This document shows, piece by piece, positions 48,787 to 57,065 of a stretch of 64,000 bases of DNA. The stretch's first letter is position 1, and every line of letters starts with the position of its first letter. A program made the translations under genes and the position numbers. The stretch covers positions 64,001 through 128,000 of the forward strand of contig CBDCVR010000013.1 of NCBI GenBank assembly GCA_965223155.1, written 5' to 3'. Below the pieces are notes generated by a model. The model was not told the DNA's origin, did not search any database, and was given only the letters and a program-made list of their open reading frames with translations. The stretch comes from Candidatus Multivoradales bacterium. Lineage in GTDB: Bacteria; Acidobacteriota; Thermoanaerobaculia; Multivoradales; JAHEKO01.

Positions 48787-49862
48787 CAGTTGGCTCCCAT
48801 CCCTGGCACCGCGAGGCCCGCGTCGCTCCTCAGCTCGATCAACCGGGCTTCGGCGGCGGCCAGCGCCTCACGGTAGCGAGCCAGGTAGCGCTCGGAGGCG
48901 CCGCGATCGCCCAAACGGGCATGGGCCAGACTCAGTTGGTACAGAGCCTTGGTCGAGGCCGGGTCGGCGGTGGCGGTGCGGGCGAAGGCGTCTCGAGCGC
49001 CGGCGAAGCGCCGCTGGCTCATGCGGACGAGGCCCAGGACGAGGTTGGCGCGGGGGTGTTTCGCGTCAAGGGCCAGGGCGCGGGCCGCCAGCTCCTCGGC
49101 GCGGTCCCGCGCGCCGAGGCCTTCCTCGGATTCCGCGAGAGCGGCAAGCGATTCGACGTGGCCGGGTTCCAGGATCAAGCTTCGCTCCAGAGCGTCTCGG
49201 GCCTCCGCATACTCCTTCTGATTGTTCCGGGCCAGGCCCAGTGCTGTCCAGACCTGCGCGCGGCCGGGAGCCAGCGCCAGCGCTTCCGTCAGGGCGGCGA
49301 CGGCGCCGTCGTTGTCGCCGATCTGGAGGCGGGCGATGCCGTAGAGGTAGTGATAGTCGGAGACCGTGGGATGCATGCGGGTGAGCGGCTCCAGGGTCTG
49401 GAGTGCCGGAACCGGCTCGTGCCGAGCCAACGCCAGCCGGGCGTAGGCGCTCAAGAGCTCTTCCGAGTTGGGGGCGGCGTCGAGCGCGGAGCGCAAGAGA
49501 TTGCTTGCGCGCTTCGAGTCGCCCCGGCGGGCGACGATTCGGGCGAGGGCGAGACGGGCCCGCGCCGAGTCGCTACCCTCGACCAGAGCCTCCAGTTGCC
49601 GCTCGCTGGCGCCTATCGGATCCCGGCCCCGACTTTGGGCCGGACCCTGGACGAGGCCCGCGGCCTCCACGTCCGCGCCGCTCACGGTCGGGGTCGCCGT
49701 TGGCGCCATCGCCACTGAAGCGGCGGGGGCGGGAAGGGCCAGGACCCCGGCAAGCAACAGCCCCGCGACCAGCACGCGGCGCGTCAGCGGCGCGTCCGAT
49801 TTCGGCATCGCTTGGCGACGAAAGACGCTCGCGGCGGCAGGCGAAGGCATGGTGGCCCTCAT
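48786..49862 (-). CDS. Tetratricopeptide repeat protein
   Basis: Repeated A..A...P...YxLG helical units; signal-like segment; overlaps both neighbours. Confidence 0.8.
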   Translation of the reverse strand: MRATMPSPAAASVFRRQAMPKSDAPLTRRVLVAGLLLAGVLALPAPAASVAMAPTATPTVSGADVEAAGLVQGPAQSRGRDPIGASERQLEALVEGSDSARARLALARIVARRGDSKRASNLLRSALDAAPNSEELLSAYARLALARHEPVPALQTLEPLTRMHPTVSDYHYLYGIARLQIGDNDGAVAALTEALALAPGRAQVWTALGLARNNQKEYAEARDALERSLILEPGHVESLAALAESEEGLGARDRAEELAARALALDAKHPRANLVLGLVRMSQRRFAGARDAFARTATADPASTKALYQLSLAHARLGDRGASERYLARYREALAAAEARLIELRSDAGLAVPGMGAN

Positions 49863-52222
49863 CGGTTCTCCTCGTGGCTTCCTGGCTCCTGGGGCTCCTG
49901 GGGCTCCTGGGGCTCGTCGGGCGGCTCCCCGGCTGGTTGCTGGCCGCTCTTCAGGCGCCGAAACTCAGCGAACGCTTCCCGTGCCTCGTCGGTCCGACCC
50001 AGGGCCTGGAGAGCGCGTCCGATCTGGTACCGCACATTGGCATCGGTCGGGGCGCTTGCCGAGGCGGTACGGAGTTGTTCGAGGGCTTCTTGCGGACGTC
50101 CTTCGGCCAGAAGGATCTTGCCGAGCAGATAGCGCGCGTCGGCCATTTGGGGCCGGTGACTCAGAACCTCCCGCACCTCCAGACCGGCCTCTCCAGCCTT
50201 GCCGCTGAGGTCCAGGACCACGGCCAGGGTGTAGCGTGCTTGGGCGTCGTCCGGATGGCTCGCCAGCTCCGCTCGCAGCTCCCGCTCGGCGGCATCCAGC
50301 CGGCCCTGCCGCAGGTAGATGTCCCCGAGGGTGCGATGGGCCTCGGCGACTCCCGCGTCGAGCTCGAGCGCGTGCTCGGCGAAGTGAATCGCTCGCGAGT
50401 AGTCGTCCTGCTGCGCGTGCGCCTGCGCCAGGACGACGTTGAGCTCGGGCCAGTCCCGGTTGTCGCTCAAGAGCTCGGTCATGGAACGGGTGGCGTCGTC
50501 GAGGCGGCCGCTCCGGACCAGAGCCACCGAATAGGCATATTCGAGCGCCCGGTCGCCGGCTCTTCCCGGATCGTCACGCAGTAGCTCGGCGGCTTGTTCG
50601 GGATCGCCCGAGTTGAGGGCCGCCAGCGCCAGCATCCGGCGCAGCTCGGCACTGGCCGGGTCGCCGGCCAGTGCGGCGGCAAGCGGCCCGGTGGCTTGGC
50701 CGAACTGGCCGGCGTTGAACCTCGCCACGCCCAGCGAGTGCTGGAGCCCGGGAAAGTTGGAGTCGAGGCCGGCCGCCTGCTCGAAGAGCGCTGCTGCGCG
50801 GGCGTGCTGCCGCTTCTGGAGCCGGAGGACGCCGAGATTGAAGTAGGAGCGGGCGACGTTCTGGACCACCTCGCGTTCGAGTCGCTCTCGTGCTTCGGGA
50901 TCGAGCTGGCTCAGGGGCGAGTCTCCGAAAAGGGAAGTGGAGGCCGGCTTGGCCGTGCTGGTCTCGCTTTCGAGATATCGGCGGAGGATCTCGCGAGAAT
51001 TCCGCGCCACGGTTGCCGACGAGCGTTTAGAGGCCTCGAAGTGAGGAGCCGCCTCCGCTTCCTTGCCGGCCCGGCGCAAGGCCAGCGCGAGCTGATAGTG
51101 GAGGCTCGCGACCTGGCTCTCGCCCAAGTCCAGCTGGACGCCCGGCGGAGCTTCCTGAGCCGCTTCGGAAGCCAGGTCGAGTGCCCGGCGGAAGGCGCCG
51201 ATAGCCTCTTCGTGACGTCCGAGCGCCAGGTACGAGCGTCCGAGAAACTGGAACGTGTCACGCTCGGGGGCGCCGCCGCGGGCCGCCGCTTCGAGGTGGG
51301 GAATCGCCTCGTCATGGCGCCGATCTTCGACCAAGCCGATCCCCAGGTAGAGATTCGAGCTGGGATCTTCGGGCGAGATCCGAAGCTCGGCGGCGAAGTG
51401 CTCCATGGCTTCGGCCAGCATGCCGCGTCCCTGGTCGAGCAGATCGAGTGTGCCCAGGTAGTAATGGGCCCGGGCCACTTCGGGATCCATGTCGAGGGCT
51501 CGGGAGAGAGCCGCGCGAGCTTCCGGATAGAAGCCGAAGTCCCGCAGCACCCGGCCGATGAGTACGTGGGTCTGCGGAATCGGCCGCTCTTGGACCAGGT
51601 GGTCCAGGTGGGGTTGGGCGGCGTCGATGCGATCCCTGCGCAGTTGCGCCATGGCCAGGAGAAATCGATTCTCGAGGTCGTCAGGCGCCAGCGCCTGGAG
51701 CTGTTCGAGCTCGCTCAAGGCCTCGTCGTGCCGGCCGGCTGCCGACAGCGCGCGAGCGAAGAGCCGGCGCGCGGCGAGATCGTCGGGCCGTTCGACAACC
51801 AGCTTTCGCAAGAGGCCGAGGGCCTCGTCCTCCCGCCCCTGTTCGAGCCGGGTCAGCGCCAGCAGCGTAAGAGCCCGCCGGGTCTCGACCGCGACCTCGC
51901 CCGCCATCTCGAAGGCCTCGCCGGCTCGATCCAGGTCGCCGGCCTCGATCGCCAGCGATCCCAAGAGCAGCCAACCTTCGAGGAGGGCGGTGCGGAGCTC
52001 GCTTTCGGCGATCTGGCGTTCGTCGGCGCCGAGAGCGGCTTCGGCCCGCACGATGGCCGCGGCGAAGCTCGCCGCCGGAACGCCTACGGCCGGGCTTGAA
52101 GCGGATCCGTCTCCGGCGGCGGGTGCGGAGAGAATCGCCAGAGCGCAGCAACCTGCATACGCAAACTGGCGGCTGGGCGACGAGGCCCGCGAGGACGGCT
52201 GGGATCGGGCGCCTACTGTCAT
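49859..52222 (-). CDS. Large tetratricopeptide repeat protein
   Basis: Many TPRs (AHYYLG, SNLYLG, SYFNLG, ARYLLG); signal-like N-terminus. Confidence 0.85.
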   Translation of the reverse strand: MTVGARSQPSSRASSPSRQFAYAGCCALAILSAPAAGDGSASSPAVGVPAASFAAAIVRAEAALGADERQIAESELRTALLEGWLLLGSLAIEAGDLDRAGEAFEMAGEVAVETRRALTLLALTRLEQGREDEALGLLRKLVVERPDDLAARRLFARALSAAGRHDEALSELEQLQALAPDDLENRFLLAMAQLRRDRIDAAQPHLDHLVQERPIPQTHVLIGRVLRDFGFYPEARAALSRALDMDPEVARAHYYLGTLDLLDQGRGMLAEAMEHFAAELRISPEDPSSNLYLGIGLVEDRRHDEAIPHLEAAARGGAPERDTFQFLGRSYLALGRHEEAIGAFRRALDLASEAAQEAPPGVQLDLGESQVASLHYQLALALRRAGKEAEAAPHFEASKRSSATVARNSREILRRYLESETSTAKPASTSLFGDSPLSQLDPEARERLEREVVQNVARSYFNLGVLRLQKRQHARAAALFEQAAGLDSNFPGLQHSLGVARFNAGQFGQATGPLAAALAGDPASAELRRMLALAALNSGDPEQAAELLRDDPGRAGDRALEYAYSVALVRSGRLDDATRSMTELLSDNRDWPELNVVLAQAHAQQDDYSRAIHFAEHALELDAGVAEAHRTLGDIYLRQGRLDAAERELRAELASHPDDAQARYTLAVVLDLSGKAGEAGLEVREVLSHRPQMADARYLLGKILLAEGRPQEALEQLRTASASAPTDANVRYQIGRALQALGRTDEAREAFAEFRRLKSGQQPAGEPPDEPQEPQEPQEPGSHEENR
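49884..49915. repeat. 9-bp tandem repeat (GGCTCCTGG x3.5) encoding an EPQ repeat tail
   Basis: Read directly from the sequence; in frame in the C-terminus of the large TPR protein. Confidence 0.8.
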
Positions 52223-52263
52223 CAGGCTCGTACCGACGTCAGGATACTGGAGCCCGGTCCGGG

Positions 52264-53325
52264 CTAGCCGGACGACGGCTGGGGCTCGCCCGGAGTCACG
52301 GGACCGGTACTGTCTCGCACGACGAGGGTTGGCTCCACGGTGACCCAGGCCGGCTCGCTCGCCTCCGTGGTGAGCCGGTCCAACAGGGTGCGCCCTGCGA
52401 TCTCGCCCATTTCGCGTAGAGGCTGGCGTACGGTCGTCAAGCCGGGGTTGTGGAAGGCGGCGCTTTGGATGTCGTCGAAGCCGACCACCGAGACGTCGCC
52501 AGGCACGCTCTTGCCGGAGTCCAGGAGCGCACGCATCGCCCCGATCGCCGAGATGTCATTGAAGGCAAACAGAGCGGTGAAGTCGTTGCCGCTTTCGACC
52601 AGCGAGCGGCCGGCGCGGTACCCCTCCTTGTAGAAGCCGCCGCCGTAGTCACTGCCGGCGATCTCGACCGTGAGCTCGGGCCGGATGCCGACGCCGAGCG
52701 TGTCGGCAACCTCGCGGATGGCGCGCCAGCGGTCTTCGGCGTCGGCGTTGTCCGGGGCGCCGCGGAAGACCGCTATGCGGCGATGGCCTAGCTCCAGGAG
52801 GTGTTCGAGAGCGAGGCGGGCGGCGCGGTCGTGGTCGATCACGACATTGGTAACGCCGGCAAGCTCGCGATGCCCGGAGACGACCACGGTCGGAAGCTCC
52901 GGAGGTTGCTCGAGCCGGGAGGCCAGGAGGATGTAGCCTTCCACCGAGCGGTCCCGGAGCACGGCCAGGTATTCCTCGAGTAGGTCCGGTTTCGAGCGGT
53001 GGCTGGCCAGGAGATAGAAATATCCCTCCTGGCTCAGATAGGCCTCGACGCCGCGCATGACCCCCGCGGCATAGCCCTCGCTGATCTCGGGAACCAGGAC
53101 ACCGATCGAGAAAGTGCGCTGGCTGCGCAGAGACCGGGCCAAGAGATTGGGTCGGTAGTTGAGCTCGCGGGCGGCCGCGAAGACGCGCTCCTGGGTCGCG
53201 GCGGGGATGGCGTTGGCCACCGGCGAGCGGTTGAGAACCAGCGAGACCGTGGCGGGCGACAGGCCGAGGTGCTCCGCGACATCCTTCAGGCGAACCGTCT
53301 TGCGCGAGCTTTGCGACTTGGCCAT
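52264..53325 (-). CDS. LacI family transcriptional regulator
   Basis: LKDVA..LGLSPATVS, LNYRPN..ARSL, FNDISAIG, VSVVGFDD, LTTVRQP. Confidence 0.95.
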   Translation of the reverse strand: MAKSQSSRKTVRLKDVAEHLGLSPATVSLVLNRSPVANAIPAATQERVFAAARELNYRPNLLARSLRSQRTFSIGVLVPEISEGYAAGVMRGVEAYLSQEGYFYLLASHRSKPDLLEEYLAVLRDRSVEGYILLASRLEQPPELPTVVVSGHRELAGVTNVVIDHDRAARLALEHLLELGHRRIAVFRGAPDNADAEDRWRAIREVADTLGVGIRPELTVEIAGSDYGGGFYKEGYRAGRSLVESGNDFTALFAFNDISAIGAMRALLDSGKSVPGDVSVVGFDDIQSAAFHNPGLTTVRQPLREMGEIAGRTLLDRLTTEASEPAWVTVEPTLVVRDSTGPVTPGEPQPSSG

Positions 53326-53392
53326 GGTGCCGGAAGTGTCCCACAGCGCCCGGGCCGCGTTCAACCGGACCAAGGCACGCGCGCCGAATCGA

Positions 53393-53406
53393 CTAAAACG
53401 AATTAG
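53393..53406. promoter_or_regulatory. Candidate LacI operator (lacI side)
   Basis: CTAAAACGAATTAG, an imperfect palindrome with central CG. Confidence 0.65.
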
Positions 53407-53420
53407 TGCTTGTCATGAGC

Positions 53421-53450
53421 TTGACAGGGGCGTTCCGGCTGTGTCACGGT
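53421..53450 (+). promoter_or_regulatory. Putative promoter of the TBDR operon
   Basis: Exact TTGACA (53421-53426), then 18 nt, then CACGGT preceded by TGn. Confidence 0.45.
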
Positions 53451-53459
53451 TGGGCGTCG

Positions 53460-53473
53460 CTAAATCGTTTTAA
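53460..53473. promoter_or_regulatory. Candidate LacI operator (TBDR side)
   Basis: CTAAATCGTTTTAA, just downstream of the putative promoter. Confidence 0.65.
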
Positions 53474-53514
53474 CCTTTCGACCGGGAAGCTCCCGGGGGG
53501 AGGCAATTGAGAGA

Positions 53515-56500
53515 ATGAAGCGTTCGATCCTTGTTCTTTTGCTGGCGGCTGCGGTGTGTGTGCCCGCGCTGGCGCAAACCACCACGGGCAGCATCCGTGG
53601 GACCGTCACCGACCCGTCAGGCCAAGCCGTGGCCGAGGCCGGGGTTACCGTGCTGAACGGCGAGACCGGGCTGTCCCGGTCGACCGTCACCAACACCGCC
53701 GGCCGGTACGCCTTCTCCAACTTGCCGGTGGGCACGTATCTGGTCACCGTCGAGGTGGAGGGCTTCAAGACCGTGCTCCTCCAGAACATCGTCCTCAACG
53801 TGGCTGATGACCGGGAAGCCAACGCCCAGCTCGAGCTGGGTGAGCTGGCCGAGGAGATGACGGTCACGTCATCGTCTCTGGTGGTCGAGACCATCGGTGG
53901 AGAAGTCGCCGGTCTGATTACCGGCGAGCAGGTCCGCGAGCTGCCTCTGAATGGCAGGAACTTTCTGCAGCTGACCCAGCTCATGCCTGGTGTCAGCGCA
54001 CCGGACGGCTTCAATACGAAGAACAAGGGTCTGCTCACGGGCTCCGACCTGTCGGTGAGCGGTGGCGGAGTCACCGCTAATTTGTTCACCGTGGACGGCG
54101 CCAACAACAACGACGTCGGCTCCAACCGCACGGTTCTCGTGTATCCGTCGGTCGAGGCCATCGAAGAGTTCAAGATCCACCGGAATGCCTATGGTGCCGA
54201 GTTTGGTGGCGCCGGCGGCGCCCAGGTCAATCTGGTCACGCGCGGTGGCACGAACCAGCTCCAGGGTAGCGTCTTCTACTTCAAGCGCGACGATGCCTGG
54301 AACACGGCCAATCTGATCCTGCGGCGGGCGAACGCCGAAAAGGAGCCGCTGGATCGTGACGACTACGGCTACACGCTGGGCGGCGCGCTCAAGAAGGATC
54401 GCCTCCATTTCTTCCTGTCCCAGGAGTTCAACGACGAGGTCCGCGGTGTCGCCAGGAGCGCCCTGGTGCCGACCGCGGCCGAGAAACAGGGCGACTTCAG
54501 TCAGTCCGATCCCAATTGCAGTCCGACGCCGATCGATCCGCTCACCGGCCAGCCCTTCCCGGGCAACGTCATTCCGGCGGATCGCTTGAGCGAGGCCGGC
54601 CTCCTCTACATGCAGCTCTATCCGGATGCCAATACCAGTATTCCGGGCTCGTGCACCAACTGGGTCGAGGCGGTCGGCGTACCGATCGATTGGGACCAGA
54701 TCAATTTCCGTAGCGACTGGACGGTGACCGATTCGACCCGCGCCATGCTGCGCTACACCGAAGATGACTGGATCAACCCCGGCCCCAGCGCGGGTGGTGA
54801 GAACGGCCTCTGGGGCGATGATCCCTTCCCCGCCGCCGACTCGGCCTGGGCACAGCCCAGCGAGTCGCTGGTCGCCCAGCTCAATAGCGTCATCGGCTCG
54901 AGTGCGATCAACACCGTGACCTTCTCGATGTCCGGCAACGAGATCAACATCGCGCAGGCCGGAGACGTTGATCTCATCAACCGGCTCAACGCCGCGTTTC
55001 CTTCCTTCTTTCCCGCCAGCGGCAAGACCGCCGACAACCTCAGCCACCCCCTGTTCTGGGGCGGTGGCGGCTATCCCACCCTGTGGAGCATCTCGCCCTG
55101 GCAGAACGACATGGACATCACGATCCTGAAGGACGACTGGGAGCAGGTCTTCGGCAACCATGTGGTCAAGGCCGGTTTCCTCTACAGCGACAACTCGAAG
55201 CTCGAATGGGCGGCGGGTTCCTTCCAGGAGGCGCCTCTCCTCTGGGGCTCGTTCCCGGGCTCCGGCACCGGAGTGGGCGGCTGGGGTGCCAACACCGGCA
55301 ACACGGTCGCCGACTTCCTTCTAAAGGACATGTTCTTCGGGTTCTCCGAGCAGTCCTTCAACCCGGTTCCGGACATCCAGTGGGAAGACCAGGAATTCTA
55401 TGTGGCTGACAGCTGGAAGATCCGGCCCAACATGACCCTCGATTACGGCATCCGGTACTCCCGGTTCAAGGAGCCGTATCATGCCGATTCGACCGTCTAC
55501 ACGATGTTCGATCCGGCCACCTTCGATCCGGCGCTGGGCAACATGCCCTGCAACGGCATCGTTTTCGTGCCCGGCAACGATCCTTGCGCCGACATCGGCG
55601 GCGGCGGCACGCCGGGGCCGAACAAAGCCTTGATCAACAGCGATTCGGATAATTTCGCGCCCAGACTGGGCTTCGCGTGGGATCTCAACGGCGACGGCGA
55701 GAGCGTCGTCCGCGTTGGATTCGGGCAGTTCTTCCAGCGCGAACGAGTGAGTCCGCAGCTCGGTTTCCTGAACAACCCGGGCAACGGAGTGCAGTTCGCC
55801 GGCGGCATCCGAAGTCTGGACGGTGACATCCGGCCGGACTTTGTCGCCACCGGGGGCCTGCCCGCGGGTGGCTTCGATCCCAATGCCGATACCCCCTACA
55901 TGTTGCAGTACAACGTGAGCTGGGAGCGCCGCCTGGGCCGCGACTCGACCATCGAGGTCGGCTACGTCGCCAGCCGGGGCCGCCACCTGTTGCGCTCGAA
56001 CGACATCAATCAGGTGCCCACGGGTGATCCCAACGGCAACGGCATTCCGGACCGGCTCGAGCACGCTCGCTGTCCGGGTGGTGACGGTGGCGCGGGCTGT
56101 CGCTCGGCCTTCCGGCCCTTCGGAGTGTTCGGCGACCGCAACATCGCCTGGTGGACCACAGACGGCAAGTCGGACTACGACTCGATCCAGACGCAGTACA
56201 CCTTGCGGTACGGTCGCGGGTCGCAGGTCCAGACTTCCTACACGCTGTCGGACTTCAAGGCCGATCAGGACGTCGGTAACTCGTCCGGCGGACTCGGTGT
56301 CCAGTCGACGACCGATCTCGCCAACCCGAGCCTCGATTACGGGCCGGCGGCTCTGGATCGGGAGCACATCTTCAACGCCAGCGTGCTGCACAACCTGCCG
56401 AGCTTCGAGGGCGTGGGAGGCTTCAAGGAGCACTTCCTGGGCAACTGGTCCGTGGGTGGAATCGTGATCTACTCCTCGGGCGTGCCGTTGACGATCACCG

Positions 56501-56973
56501 CCGCCGATCCGGGTGGTCCGTTGCAGGGCGAGCCCCCGCACGGCACCGGTTTCGACGACAACTTCCGACCGATCCGGACGGGGGAGTCGTGTAGCGGTGC
56601 GGGTGGCGCGCAGTTTCTCAACCCGAATGCCTTCACCTTGACCGGGTACGTCCTAGGCGAAACCTCACAGATGGCTCGCCGCGGCGCCTGCACCGGGCCG
56701 GATTTCTTTCAGGTGGACTTTTCCCTGTACAAGAACATCCCGGTTCGGTCCGACCGCGTCAACATCCAGTTGCGCATCGAGGCCTTCAACATCTTCAACA
56801 CCAACAACTACACTGGTGTGGATACCAACTGGGGCGGCTCGGACGTGACCCTGGATGGGCCTCTCGAGAGCGCGACCACGATCACGGGCGCCAATCCCTC
56901 GCCGACCTTTGGGACGGCGTTCGGGGCTCGCGATCCCCGTCAGTTCCAGCTTGGTCTGAAGGTCTCCTTCTAG
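53515..56973 (+). CDS. TonB-dependent receptor, Oar-like, with N-terminal carboxypeptidase-regulatory-like domain
   Basis: GSIRGTVTDPSG, LPLNGRNFLQL, AEFGG, TRGGTN, APRLGFAWD, EAFNIFN and C-terminal PRQFQLGLKVSF. Confidence 0.92.
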   Translation: MKRSILVLLLAAAVCVPALAQTTTGSIRGTVTDPSGQAVAEAGVTVLNGETGLSRSTVTNTAGRYAFSNLPVGTYLVTVEVEGFKTVLLQNIVLNVADDREANAQLELGELAEEMTVTSSSLVVETIGGEVAGLITGEQVRELPLNGRNFLQLTQLMPGVSAPDGFNTKNKGLLTGSDLSVSGGGVTANLFTVDGANNNDVGSNRTVLVYPSVEAIEEFKIHRNAYGAEFGGAGGAQVNLVTRGGTNQLQGSVFYFKRDDAWNTANLILRRANAEKEPLDRDDYGYTLGGALKKDRLHFFLSQEFNDEVRGVARSALVPTAAEKQGDFSQSDPNCSPTPIDPLTGQPFPGNVIPADRLSEAGLLYMQLYPDANTSIPGSCTNWVEAVGVPIDWDQINFRSDWTVTDSTRAMLRYTEDDWINPGPSAGGENGLWGDDPFPAADSAWAQPSESLVAQLNSVIGSSAINTVTFSMSGNEINIAQAGDVDLINRLNAAFPSFFPASGKTADNLSHPLFWGGGGYPTLWSISPWQNDMDITILKDDWEQVFGNHVVKAGFLYSDNSKLEWAAGSFQEAPLLWGSFPGSGTGVGGWGANTGNTVADFLLKDMFFGFSEQSFNPVPDIQWEDQEFYVADSWKIRPNMTLDYGIRYSRFKEPYHADSTVYTMFDPATFDPALGNMPCNGIVFVPGNDPCADIGGGGTPGPNKALINSDSDNFAPRLGFAWDLNGDGESVVRVGFGQFFQRERVSPQLGFLNNPGNGVQFAGGIRSLDGDIRPDFVATGGLPAGGFDPNADTPYMLQYNVSWERRLGRDSTIEVGYVASRGRHLLRSNDINQVPTGDPNGNGIPDRLEHARCPGGDGGAGCRSAFRPFGVFGDRNIAWWTTDGKSDYDSIQTQYTLRYGRGSQVQTSYTLSDFKADQDVGNSSGGLGVQSTTDLANPSLDYGPAALDREHIFNASVLHNLPSFEGVGGFKEHFLGNWSVGGIVIYSSGVPLTITAADPGGPLQGEPPHGTGFDDNFRPIRTGESCSGAGGAQFLNPNAFTLTGYVLGETSQMARRGACTGPDFFQVDFSLYKNIPVRSDRVNIQLRIEAFNIFNTNNYTGVDTNWGGSDVTLDGPLESATTITGANPSPTFGTAFGARDPRQFQLGLKVSF

Positions 56974-57008
56974 AGTCCCGGCTAGGCCGCGTTGTAGCGT
57001 TCACTTCA

Positions 57009-57050
57009 CAGGCTGCGGTCCCGGGCGGGATCGCAGCCTGCTTTCTTTTT
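57009..57050 (+). terminator. Rho-independent terminator-like hairpin between TBDR and GH3
   Basis: CAGGCTGCGGTCCC-GGGC-GGGATCGCAGCCTG followed by CTTTCTTTTT. Confidence 0.8.
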
Positions 57051-57065
57051 GTGAGGACGACATTC

